Source of the DNA: an uncultured Flavobacteriaceae bacterium
GTDB lineage: Bacteria > Bacteroidota > Bacteroidia > Flavobacteriales > Flavobacteriaceae
Assembly (NCBI GenBank): GCA_963710535.1
Contig: CAVQAW010000001.1
Span: forward strand, 410 to 64,409
Direction: 5' to 3'
DNA length: 64,000 bases
Shown: positions 19,391 to 28,603 of the stretch, piece after piece
Layout of the letters: each line of letters opens with the position of its first letter
How positions within the stretch are numbered: position 1 is the first letter of the stretch
Position numbers and translations under genes: made by a program
Notes under the pieces: model-generated
Told to the model about the DNA's origin: nothing
The model's input: the letters and a program-made list of their open reading frames with translations, nothing else
Database searches by the model: none

Positions 19391-20869
19391 TTAAAATTGG
19401 TTTTTGACTTCGTTTTTGGTCACTTTGCCCAACACGTTTCGGGGCAAGCTTGTTTTAAAGATATATTTTCTTGGGATTTTATAAGCGGGCAAATGCGCTT
19501 TTAACCATTCCGATAGAACGACTCCCTCAATTTCTGATTCCTGGGTTACAATGCAGGCCGCAACGATTTCTCCCCATTCCTCATCGGGAAGCCCCACCAC
19601 GGCACAATCATCGACCGCGATATGTCTGCGCAGCACATCCTCGATTTCGAGGGCGGAAATCTTGTACCCGCCCGATTTGATGATATCTACGCTATCCCTC
19701 CCCAAAATTTTGTACAATCCGTTGTTGTGCATGGCGATATCTCCGGTCTTGAACCAACCGTCATGGGTAAAGGCATTTTTTGTAGCTTCTGCCTTGCCCC
19801 AATATTCCTTAAATACGCTTGGCCCTTTAATCTGAATTTCCCCCGCTTCATTTTGCCCCACGGGATGCTGTTCGCCATTCACCAACCGCACTTGTACACT
19901 TGGCAAAGGGAGGCCCACATGTCCTGGTCTGCGCTCTCCAAGATAGGAGTTGGAAAGGCCCATTCCTATTTCCGTCATCCCATATCGCTCCAACAAGGTT
20001 TGTCCCGTGATTTCACGCCATTTTTCCAAAACAGGCACGGGCAATGCGGCTGAACCCGAGACCATCAATCTTAATTTGGAGGCCGATTCGGCCATTTTTT
20101 TCTGCCGCTCTTCCGGCGCGTGTTCCCAAAACGAGATCAGTTTATAATAAATGGTGGGTACTGCCATAAAAAGGGACAAGCGCCCCGATTCGATAATTTT
20201 CCAAACTGCCTGCGCATCAAATTTTGGTAAAAATTCGCAACAGGCGCCGCACCATAGCGCACATGACATGACGTTAATGATGCCGTGAACATGGTGCAAG
20301 GGCAATATGTTTAAAATATAGTCGTCTTTTTGCCATTCCCATGCAGTCACCAGGGCAGTGATCTGCGCCTCAATATTGGCATGAGTGGTGACCACACCTT
20401 TGGGTTTGTTGGTGGTACCGCTGGTATACAAGATCATGGCCCTTCTCCCTGTATCGATTTTTGGCAATAGCGCGGCATTCTCCCTTAAAATCATACCCAA
20501 TGGCACGATGGGGGTGCCGATAGTGGTTTCAAGGGGCGCAAGGAATTCGGCAAAATCCGGATGAGCGATGACAATGGTCGCCTGGGCATTATCGATCACA
20601 TATTCGATCGAAGGTAAAGGATGGAGCTCACAGAGGGGTACCGCAACGCCTCCAGCAGCCCAAATGCCCCATTGCACGGCGGTATATTCAAAGGAAGGGG
20701 GTACCAAGAATGCCACCCTCGCCTCCTTAAGATCTTTCTTTCCTTTCAGCAGGTTGGCCGCAACGCAATTTGAAGCCTCTCTCAGGGCTTTATAGGAATA
20801 GGCCCTGCCCTTGGAAACCAATGCCATCCGATGCTCAAACTTTTTCGCTCTTTCCAGTACGTTTATCAT
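19391..20869 (-). CDS. Acyl-CoA synthetase, MatB/ACSF3 (malonyl-CoA synthetase-like)
   Basis: AMP-binding 'YTSGTTNKPKG', 'LPLHHVHG', 'ERYGMTE', 'GWFKTGD', 'SGGYKISALEIE', 'RNVLGKV'. Confidence 0.85.
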   Translation of the reverse strand: MINVLERAKKFEHRMALVSKGRAYSYKALREASNCVAANLLKGKKDLKEARVAFLVPPSFEYTAVQWGIWAAGGVAVPLCELHPLPSIEYVIDNAQATIVIAHPDFAEFLAPLETTIGTPIVPLGMILRENAALLPKIDTGRRAMILYTSGTTNKPKGVVTTHANIEAQITALVTAWEWQKDDYILNILPLHHVHGIINVMSCALWCGACCEFLPKFDAQAVWKIIESGRLSLFMAVPTIYYKLISFWEHAPEERQKKMAESASKLRLMVSGSAALPVPVLEKWREITGQTLLERYGMTEIGMGLSNSYLGERRPGHVGLPLPSVQVRLVNGEQHPVGQNEAGEIQIKGPSVFKEYWGKAEATKNAFTHDGWFKTGDIAMHNNGLYKILGRDSVDIIKSGGYKISALEIEDVLRRHIAVDDCAVVGLPDEEWGEIVAACIVTQESEIEGVVLSEWLKAHLPAYKIPRKYIFKTSLPRNVLGKVTKNEVKNQF

Positions 20870-20886
20870 GGTTTACAATTGGGCCG

Positions 20887-21948
20887 TTAAAGCATGACGG
20901 TCTTCCCCGTCCGATACGATTCGTCCGCGGCCAAAACAATCCTTAAACTGTTTACGGCGTCGCGTAAATGTTCATCCAAATCGGTGTTGTTGGAGATGGC
21001 TTTCAGAAAATACTGCTGCTCCATTAAGCAGAGCCCGTCGTGATCGGGCTCGTCCGAGGTGTCTACGATTTGATCGGGTTTGGTGAATTTCCCGGTTTTA
21101 TCCATGTTGCTATAGTGCAGTTTTAGTCCGCCGGTCTTGGTATGGCCTTCTACATCATCCGAATCGGCCCTGGCCTCGTCAACGATGGAAACGCAACCTT
21201 TTGGACCGATAACATCCTTGATAAAAAATGCGGTCTCGCTCATCATCGGACCCCAGCCGGCTTCGTACCAGCCTACCGACCCATCTTTGAAACGTACCTG
21301 CAGCTGGCCATAATTATACATCTTCGAATCGATTTCGTCTGTAAGACGCGCCCCAATGGCACTAACGCTAATCGGGCTAGATCTGGTCATCAGGCACATG
21401 ATGTCTACATAATGCACCCCGCAGTCTACGATCGGCGACATCGAATGCATCAACTGTTTGTGGGTATACCATTGTTCCCCTGAACTTTGTTGGTTGAGGT
21501 TCATGCGCATCACCAAAGGTTTGCCAAGGGTCTGTGCGATTTCAACAAATTTCGTCCAGGCAGGATGAACACGAAGGATGTACCCTACCACCATTTTTCT
21601 TCGCTTCTCCTTGGCCAGATCTACCAGGTTTTGGGCCTCCCGCACCGTCAGGGCCAGTGGTTTTTCTACGAACACATGGGCATTTGCTTCCAAAGCGGCC
21701 CTTACAAAATCGGCATGCGTATCGGGATAGGTATTGATAGACACTGCCTCGGGACGGGCCGTTTTTAGGGCGGTATAAAAATCGCCAAAAGTGGGCAAGC
21801 CCCCCAGAGCCTTTGACAATTTTTCCCGGCTTTCGGCTTTTCTGCTCACCAGGCCAACGATTTCAAACCCTTGCAACCGATGGTAGGCCCGTGCATGGGA
21901 AGCACCCATATTGCCACAGCCCACGACAAGAACTTTTATTTTTTGCAT
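20887..21948 (-). CDS. Gfo/Idh/MocA family oxidoreductase
   Basis: 'VVGCGNMG..HA', 'HVFVEKPLA', 'DCGVHYVD'. Confidence 0.9.
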   Translation of the reverse strand: MQKIKVLVVGCGNMGASHARAYHRLQGFEIVGLVSRKAESREKLSKALGGLPTFGDFYTALKTARPEAVSINTYPDTHADFVRAALEANAHVFVEKPLALTVREAQNLVDLAKEKRRKMVVGYILRVHPAWTKFVEIAQTLGKPLVMRMNLNQQSSGEQWYTHKQLMHSMSPIVDCGVHYVDIMCLMTRSSPISVSAIGARLTDEIDSKMYNYGQLQVRFKDGSVGWYEAGWGPMMSETAFFIKDVIGPKGCVSIVDEARADSDDVEGHTKTGGLKLHYSNMDKTGKFTKPDQIVDTSDEPDHDGLCLMEQQYFLKAISNNTDLDEHLRDAVNSLRIVLAADESYRTGKTVML

Positions 21949-21963
21949 CTTTTCCTGAAATTT

Positions 21964-24090
21964 TTAATCCAGCGCAAACGCGATGATTTGATTGCCTTTT
22001 TCGGTCCCCAGTTTTTCGCCCCCGCAGGCAATGGCAATATACTGTTTCCCGTTCACTTGGTACATGGCAGGCGTAGCAAAGGCGGCCGCAGGCAGCTTAT
22101 GTTCCCAGAGCAATTTTCCGGTTATCTTGTCAAATACCCGAAAATAACCATCCCTGGTAGCCCCTATGAAAAGCAGTCCGTTTTTTGTCACTATAGGCCC
22201 CCCATAATTTTCTGTTCCCGTTCCTTTAATTCCTTGGGCCACCAATTCGGGGGTTTCGCCAAATGTGACAGACCATTTATAATCGCCCGTATTCATGTCT
22301 ATGGCATGCAGCGTCCCCCAGGGAGGGGAAATGGCCGGAAGCCCCCTGTTGTCCAAAAATTTGTTATATCCTTTGTGTTTATAGGGCATTTGTGGCACTT
22401 TGGAAATGGTATCGTCCATAGCCATATCGTGCTTGATTTCTTCATCGAATAAAAATCTTAAAAGCGCTTCCTTTTCATCTTTTCCAATTTGAGGAAATCC
22501 CGTCATCATTCCTTTGCCCTGCGCGACGATCAGAGCCACCTCGTTTTTTGTTTTGGTTGCCCCGATGTTGACCAAAGCGGGAAAACCGCTTGCGGCCAGT
22601 CCTTGCCTGTCGGCTTGATGGCAGGAGGCACAATATTTTGAATAGGCCAATGCCCCAGGGGGGGTATTGGCATCGATGCTGTCATTCTTTTCCATTTGCA
22701 GGAACCAGGCCATTTCGTTCGAATTCACATAGAGGATTCCCTCCTCTGGATCGGCTGCCGTACCGCCCCATTCCGCGGCACCGTCATAACCGGGCAATAA
22801 AAGCACCGGATGTAGTCCTGGAGGAGCATAGATGCGCTTATCGGCTTGGAGCAACTGGGCCAGCAGTTCATTCCGGTTTTCCGCATAGGGGCTGATATCG
22901 GCCTCAGTGAGTTGGTCGGATTGCCTTGCAAAAGGTTTGGGTTTTGTGGGTTTGGGCTGGGTGACCGAGGCTTGCTCACCTTCCAGGTCCGATTTTGGGA
23001 CGGGCACTTCTTCAATTTCAAACAATGGTACCCCTGTTTTTCGGTCAAATAGAAATACAAATCCTTGTTTGGTGACCTGTGCAACGGCGGCCACTTTTTT
23101 CCCCTGGTGCACGACGGTAATCAGATTGGGCGGTGCAGGGGGGTCACGATCCCAAATATCGTGATGGGTGAATTGAAAGTGCCAAAGCCGTTTTCCGGTT
23201 TTGGCATCCAAGGCCAACAAACAGTTGCTGTACAGATCGTTCCCTTTTCGAAATCCGCCATAGAAATCGGGGGCGGCCGATCCGGTGGGCACATAAAGGA
23301 CACCTGATTCCTCATCTAGGGCCATCCCGGCCCAATTGTTGGCTGCCCCCGTTATTCCGTCGGCATAGGCTTCCCTGTTTTCCCAGGTCTCGTTTCCTTC
23401 TTCCCCCGGACGGGGTATTGTATGGAAGACCCAAGCCACCGCTCCGGTGATCACATTGAAGGCCATGATGTCGCCAGGGGCCGCGCCTGGCCCTTCAGAC
23501 ACGCGAATCGGCATTACGATGAGGTCTTCAAAAATGGTGCCGGGGGTATTTGAAATGACGAAATTATCTTTGGCGAATTCCGGCAGGCCGGAGCGCAAAT
23601 CAATTTTGCCATTGTTGCCAAAACCCGCAATGGGCTTGCCGGTCAAAGCATTTAACGCATAAAGGTCTGGCCCCACGGTATACAATATCCGCTTGTCGTT
23701 CCCTTTTTCCCAATAGGCCACGCCCCTGCTGGTAGAGTGCCAAATTTGCAAAGAATCCCCAAAACGCCAAATTTCCTTACCCGTTCCGGCATGCACCGCA
23801 AATGCACGCATGGCAGCGGAAACACCATATAAAATGGTATCCACAACAATCGGGTTCATCTGCATCTGGCCGTAGTCGGGGGAGGCATAGGTCCATGCGA
23901 CTTTTAAATTTTTTACGTTTTCCGCGGTAAACTGCGATAAGGTGGAGTAGTGGTTTCTGTCGGCCCCGCCCAAATAGGAAGTCCACGTGGTATAATCATG
24001 AACCGATCCAGACTCCGGCTCGGATGGCGCACAGCCCACCAAAAACAAGATGCAGATAGCGGCCAACGGAGGTACGGTTTTTAAAAACAT
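21964..24090 (-). CDS. PQQ-dependent (glucose-type) dehydrogenase lipoprotein with an embedded cytochrome c domain
   Basis: Lipobox LVGC after start 24090; PQQ beta-propeller motifs ('WHFQFTHHDIWDRD', 'GTENYGGP', 'GKQYIAIACGG') and a heme motif CASCH. Confidence 0.85.
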   Translation of the reverse strand: MFLKTVPPLAAICILFLVGCAPSEPESGSVHDYTTWTSYLGGADRNHYSTLSQFTAENVKNLKVAWTYASPDYGQMQMNPIVVDTILYGVSAAMRAFAVHAGTGKEIWRFGDSLQIWHSTSRGVAYWEKGNDKRILYTVGPDLYALNALTGKPIAGFGNNGKIDLRSGLPEFAKDNFVISNTPGTIFEDLIVMPIRVSEGPGAAPGDIMAFNVITGAVAWVFHTIPRPGEEGNETWENREAYADGITGAANNWAGMALDEESGVLYVPTGSAAPDFYGGFRKGNDLYSNCLLALDAKTGKRLWHFQFTHHDIWDRDPPAPPNLITVVHQGKKVAAVAQVTKQGFVFLFDRKTGVPLFEIEEVPVPKSDLEGEQASVTQPKPTKPKPFARQSDQLTEADISPYAENRNELLAQLLQADKRIYAPPGLHPVLLLPGYDGAAEWGGTAADPEEGILYVNSNEMAWFLQMEKNDSIDANTPPGALAYSKYCASCHQADRQGLAASGFPALVNIGATKTKNEVALIVAQGKGMMTGFPQIGKDEKEALLRFLFDEEIKHDMAMDDTISKVPQMPYKHKGYNKFLDNRGLPAISPPWGTLHAIDMNTGDYKWSVTFGETPELVAQGIKGTGTENYGGPIVTKNGLLFIGATRDGYFRVFDKITGKLLWEHKLPAAAFATPAMYQVNGKQYIAIACGGEKLGTEKGNQIIAFALD

Positions 24091-24397
24091 TTGGTCGGAT
24101 AGAAAGTTTCTTAAATGTAAGGAAAAACAAATAACCCAATGGCAGCTCAATTGGGATTCCATTTATGGGTTTATCGAAGCATTGAAATCGCTTGGGGCAA
24201 ATCCCATATTTCGTGGAAAATCGTTGCGCCCGAAGACTTAAGGAGGAGCAAATTTTTATGGGTGGGCTGTCGGGCGTCATTTCAAAATATTTAACTACAT
24301 TGTGTGGGCAAACCCGAAATTTAAAGCCAAATCAGGGGCAATTTGCCAACAAGCCAATCGAATAACAATGTTATAACCAACATAAATCCAACCCTTC

Positions 24398-25504
24398 ATG
24401 TCTCAGTTTGCCTCTACCGTATCGAAACGGCTATTTTCCCTCGATGTTTTCCGTGGATTGACGATGTTCCTGCTCATTGCCGAAGCGGCAGGTTTCCACC
24501 ACAATTTTGTTGAACTTACCGAAGGCACCGCTTTTTCGGGATTGGCCATGCAATTGGAACACCATCCTTGGAACGGACTTCGGTTTTGGGATCTCATACA
24601 GCCCTTCTTTATGTTCATCGTAGGGGTGGCCATGCCATTTTCCATGCGCAAGCGATTGGAATCGGGCTCCCGGGCCGCGGTCACCAAGCACATTCTTAGA
24701 CGATGTTTCCTGCTCTTCAGTTTCGGGGTGCTGCTGCACTGTGTCTATTCCGAAGCCCTGGTTTGGGAACTGTGGAATGTATTGGTACAATTGGCGTTTA
24801 CCATCTTGATCGCCTACGCCATCATGAACAGCTCCCATAAAATACAGATCGGGGTATCGATCGGGCTATTGGTATTGACCGAAATCCTGTACCGTGCTTA
24901 TAACCCCGGCAGTCCGTATGCCGAAGGCCACGAAAGTTTCGGTTCTTTTGTTGACATGCTTGTCATGGGCAAGATCAACAATGGGTATTGGGTATTCGTC
25001 AATTTCATCCCTACTGCGGCCCATACGATTTGGGGCGTTGTTTGTGGACAAATATTGCTCTCGCACCGTTCGGCACAGGAAAAATTGAAACCATTTATTA
25101 TCTGGGGCGTTGTTATATTGGTACTTGGCTTTGCGATGGACCTGCTGAACATTACCCCGATCATCAAGCGCATCGCAACCTCTTCCTTTACCTTGGCTTC
25201 CGGGGGCATCACCATTCTTACCTTGTCGTTGTTCTATTGGTGGATCGATGTGAAGGACAACCACAAAAAATGGCTGAAAATATTTTCCGTAGTGGGCACC
25301 AATTCTATTTTCATCTATCTCTTTGCTGAAACCGTCGGAATCCAATGGTTTACCGGGTTTGGTCATATTTGGACCGAAGGCCTGTTGGGCCCGTTGGGGA
25401 TTTCCGAAAAGGTGATCATGGTGATCAATGCCCTTTTTGTGCTGTTCATGTTTTGGTACATTACCTATTTTCTGGACAAACACAAGGTGTATTTTAAGGT
25501 TTAA
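24398..25504 (+). CDS. HGSNAT/DUF5009-like membrane acyltransferase
   Basis: 'RLFSLDVFRGLTMFL', 'WNGLRFWDLIQPFFMFIVGVAMPFS', 'PIIKRIATSSFTL'. Confidence 0.8.
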   Translation: MSQFASTVSKRLFSLDVFRGLTMFLLIAEAAGFHHNFVELTEGTAFSGLAMQLEHHPWNGLRFWDLIQPFFMFIVGVAMPFSMRKRLESGSRAAVTKHILRRCFLLFSFGVLLHCVYSEALVWELWNVLVQLAFTILIAYAIMNSSHKIQIGVSIGLLVLTEILYRAYNPGSPYAEGHESFGSFVDMLVMGKINNGYWVFVNFIPTAAHTIWGVVCGQILLSHRSAQEKLKPFIIWGVVILVLGFAMDLLNITPIIKRIATSSFTLASGGITILTLSLFYWWIDVKDNHKKWLKIFSVVGTNSIFIYLFAETVGIQWFTGFGHIWTEGLLGPLGISEKVIMVINALFVLFMFWYITYFLDKHKVYFKV

Positions 25505-25517
25505 TCAGTTCCCACTT

Positions 25518-26399
25518 ATGAACAGGTTCAATATCCACGATATTAAACGGCTTCTTTGTTTTGCCATGGTTTGGGCAGGCGTCCAAACCGCTGCACAGGA
25601 AACCCCTATGCCCAATGAGGGATGGGAACCCTTGTTCAATGGATTGGACCTGAGTGGCTGGACCGTAAAAATACACCACTACGAGGTCGGGGATAATTAT
25701 GGCGATACCTTTCGTGTGGCCGATGGAACAATCCAGGTGCGCTATGATCGATATGAGGGCAGTTTCAACGACCGTTTTGGGCATCTGTATTATGACAAGC
25801 CCTATTCGTACTATCATTTGGTGCTCGAATATCGTTTTATCGGGGAATTATATCAGGGCGCACCGGAATACACCCTAAAGAACAGCGGGGTCATGTTCCA
25901 TTCCCAGGACCCCAAGACCATGCCCAAAGAACAAGACTGGCCCATTTCGGTGGAAATGCAGTTTCTGGCCGGGATAGAGGAGGGGACGCCCCGCCCCACG
26001 GGAAATATGTGTTCTCCGGGCACCGATGTGGTTTATGAAGGCAAGATCAATCCACGACACTGCATCAATTCGAGTTCCGATACTTATTTTGGAGATCAAT
26101 GGGTCAGGGCGGAGGCCATTGTTATGGGGGACTCATTGATCGCCCACATCATCAATGGCAAAAATGTTCTGGAATACACCCAGCCCCAAATTGGGGGTGG
26201 CGTAGCCAATGGTTTTGACCCTGCCCAAAAAATAGATGGGAAATTATTGAAGGAAGGTTTCATTGCCTTGCAGAGCGAGGGCCAGCCGATTGATTTTCGA
26301 AACATAAGACTTCGAAACCTAAAAGGTTGCATGGATCCCCAAGCCAAGAATTATGAAGCCTACTTTATAAAATCGAACCCCGCCGATTGCACCTATTGA
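25518..26399 (+). CDS. DUF1080 (3-keto-disaccharide hydrolase-like) secreted protein
   Basis: 'WEPLFNGLDLSGW', 'NSGVMFH', 'VEMQFL', 'GFIALQSEGQPIDFRNI'; start MNRFNI at 25518. Confidence 0.85.
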   Translation: MNRFNIHDIKRLLCFAMVWAGVQTAAQETPMPNEGWEPLFNGLDLSGWTVKIHHYEVGDNYGDTFRVADGTIQVRYDRYEGSFNDRFGHLYYDKPYSYYHLVLEYRFIGELYQGAPEYTLKNSGVMFHSQDPKTMPKEQDWPISVEMQFLAGIEEGTPRPTGNMCSPGTDVVYEGKINPRHCINSSSDTYFGDQWVRAEAIVMGDSLIAHIINGKNVLEYTQPQIGGGVANGFDPAQKIDGKLLKEGFIALQSEGQPIDFRNIRLRNLKGCMDPQAKNYEAYFIKSNPADCTY

Positions 26400-26456
26400 A
26401 TGGGCCCTTCGCTTTCCCAACGGGAATAAAGGCCTAAATGCCACATTCCCCTTCCC

Positions 26457-26840
26457 TTATTTTTCGTAGAGTTCCAGGGGCAGGCCATCGGGGTCTTCAA
26501 AAAAAGTAAAACGTTTTTGGGTTTCCACATCGATTCGGATCGCTTCGGTGATAACCCCTTTTCGGTTGAGATGGGCAATAGACTTCTCGATGTCGTCGAC
26601 CTCAAAAGCCAGATGGCGAAGTCCTGCCGCTTCCGGTCTCGAGGCCCGTTTTGGAGGGTTGGGGAAGGAAAAAAGCTCGATAACGTAACGGCCGTTCAGG
26701 GCAAGGTCCAATTTATAGGAATCCCTTTCCTTTCGAAAGGTTTCCGCGATGATTTGAAGCCCCAACACCTCCACATAAAAGTATTTGGATACTTCATAAT
26801 CGGTGCAGATCATGGCAATATGGTGTACGCTTTTGAGCAA
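26457..26840 (-). CDS. VOC/glyoxalase family protein, YaeR-like
   Basis: 'VHHIAMICTDYEVSK.FY', 'YKLDLALNG.YVIELFSFP.PP.R.SRPEA.GLRHLAF', 'FFEDPDGLPLELYE'; TTG start at 26840 inferred. Confidence 0.85.
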   Translation of the reverse strand: MLKSVHHIAMICTDYEVSKYFYVEVLGLQIIAETFRKERDSYKLDLALNGRYVIELFSFPNPPKRASRPEAAGLRHLAFEVDDIEKSIAHLNRKGVITEAIRIDVETQKRFTFFEDPDGLPLELYEK

Positions 26841-26868
26841 TATGTTGTTATGGATTAATAAGATTGCC

Positions 26869-27651
26869 TTATTGAATATCCTCGGGATATTTCCCTGCGA
26901 CCGTCCATCCGCCATCAACGGGAATGGTTTGACCATTGATATGGGCCGCTTCTTCCGACAGCAGGAAAAGAACAACTTTCGCGATATCCTCCGGCTTGCC
27001 CACCACGCCCCTAGGTATTAATTTGCCCCAAATGCCCTCGTAATCGGGCTGTTCTTTTTTGGTGCGTTCGGTCAAGGTAGCGCCTGGCGCCACCGCATTT
27101 ACGGTGATCTGGTATTGGCCCAATTCATAGGCAAGGTTACGGGCAAGCATTTGTAGGGCTGCCTTTGTCATCGAATATGCGGTGAGTCGGTGATAGGCCT
27201 GAATGCCCACCTGTGAAGACATCATGACCATTCGTCCGCCCCCGCCCCGTGCGATCATTTCCTTGGCCGCTCGCTGTGCCAGGAAAAAGGCCCCTTGGAG
27301 GTTCACCTTCATCACTTTTTCAAAGGATTGAGGTGTAAATTCCAAAAAATTTCCAAACAGGGTAATGCCTGCATTGGGGACCACAAAATCGATCTTGCCA
27401 AAATGTGCTAGGGTAAAATCGACCATTTTGTTGATGGTATCGACATCTCCGGCATCGCCCCAAAAAGAAAGGCAGCTGCCCGGATATTTTCTGTCCAATT
27501 GCGACGCCGCCAGGTTCGCCCGTTCCTCGTCGAGGTCATTCAGGATCACATTGGCGCCCGATTTAAGCAACAGTTGCGCGATTGTAAAACCGATGCCCTC
27601 ACCGGCACCGGTGATGATGGCCACTTTATTCTTTAATCCTGAGTACAGCAT
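26869..27651 (-). CDS. Short-chain dehydrogenase/reductase
   Basis: 'IITGAGEGIG', 'NAGI', YxxxK ('YSMTK'), 'VNAVAPG', 'VDGG'; ATG at 27651 is coupled to the upstream TGA. Confidence 0.9.
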   Translation of the reverse strand: MLYSGLKNKVAIITGAGEGIGFTIAQLLLKSGANVILNDLDEERANLAASQLDRKYPGSCLSFWGDAGDVDTINKMVDFTLAHFGKIDFVVPNAGITLFGNFLEFTPQSFEKVMKVNLQGAFFLAQRAAKEMIARGGGGRMVMMSSQVGIQAYHRLTAYSMTKAALQMLARNLAYELGQYQITVNAVAPGATLTERTKKEQPDYEGIWGKLIPRGVVGKPEDIAKVVLFLLSEEAAHINGQTIPVDGGWTVAGKYPEDIQ

Positions 27652-28535
27652 CAAAAATAGTCTATTGGTGTTCCTGCAACCTTGGGCCGATATACAAACA
27701 AGCCACCACTTAAGGGAAATTGTTTTAATTGTGCTTTGTTCAACCCACTTCTTGCAGTTGTAATATACAACGAATCGAGCAGTTTGCCGCCAAAACAACA
27801 GGAAGTTACATGAGGGGCGTCAACCCATACGCTTTCCAGGACCTTCCCAGTGTCGGGATCCCATCTCCGCACTTGATTGCCGCCCCAATGGCCGATCCAT
27901 AATTTGTTCTCGACATCAATGCACATCCCGTCCGGACTTCCATAATCCTGCGGTACGGTGAAAGCTACCCGTTGGTTCGACAGGGAATCGGCAGAGGCAT
28001 CGAAATCAAAGGCCATTATTTGAAATGTGGGCGAATCGATGTAATAAAATGTCTTACGATCGGTGGTCCATGCCATACCATTGGAGATGGCCGTTTCACG
28101 CACCAGGACGGCAGTATGTCGATTTTTGTGAACCCGATAGAGGTTTCCCGATTTCGGATGAAATTTTTTGTGCATGCTCCCGATCCAAAAATGGCCATTG
28201 GGACTTACCTTGCCATCGTTGTAGCGCATTTCCGGATCGCTGTTTTCCAGCAGTCCCAACGCCGTCCATTTTCCCGAATGCATGTCGAATTCGGCCATTC
28301 CCGATTCAAGGGCCATCAAGAGGTTGCCATTGTTCATGGGAACGGCAGCGCCGACCATTTCGTCAAAAGACCAATTTGTATTTTTTCCGTGGTTAGGCTG
28401 ATGACAGTGCAGTTGTTTCCCCTCAATATCGACCCAGAACAGCCGCGCCCTTTTCCAATCCCAAACAGGGCCTTCGCCCAAAGTAGCTTTGGCATCAAAA
28501 AGAAGTTCGGCATGGCCCATCCTTGGTTCCGACAT
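27651..28535 (-). CDS. SMP-30/gluconolactonase/LRE family protein
   Basis: 'LGEGPVWD', 'RYNDGKV', 'SNGMAW', 'PDGMCIDVE..LW', 'TSCCFGG'. Confidence 0.9.
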   Translation of the reverse strand: MSEPRMGHAELLFDAKATLGEGPVWDWKRARLFWVDIEGKQLHCHQPNHGKNTNWSFDEMVGAAVPMNNGNLLMALESGMAEFDMHSGKWTALGLLENSDPEMRYNDGKVSPNGHFWIGSMHKKFHPKSGNLYRVHKNRHTAVLVRETAISNGMAWTTDRKTFYYIDSPTFQIMAFDFDASADSLSNQRVAFTVPQDYGSPDGMCIDVENKLWIGHWGGNQVRRWDPDTGKVLESVWVDAPHVTSCCFGGKLLDSLYITTARSGLNKAQLKQFPLSGGLFVYRPKVAGTPIDYF

Positions 28536-28603
28536 GAAATGTTGAGGATTTGTATTAGGTTTCCAAATTTTTTTCTGGCCTGATCGGAACGACCGCCGTT
28601 CGC

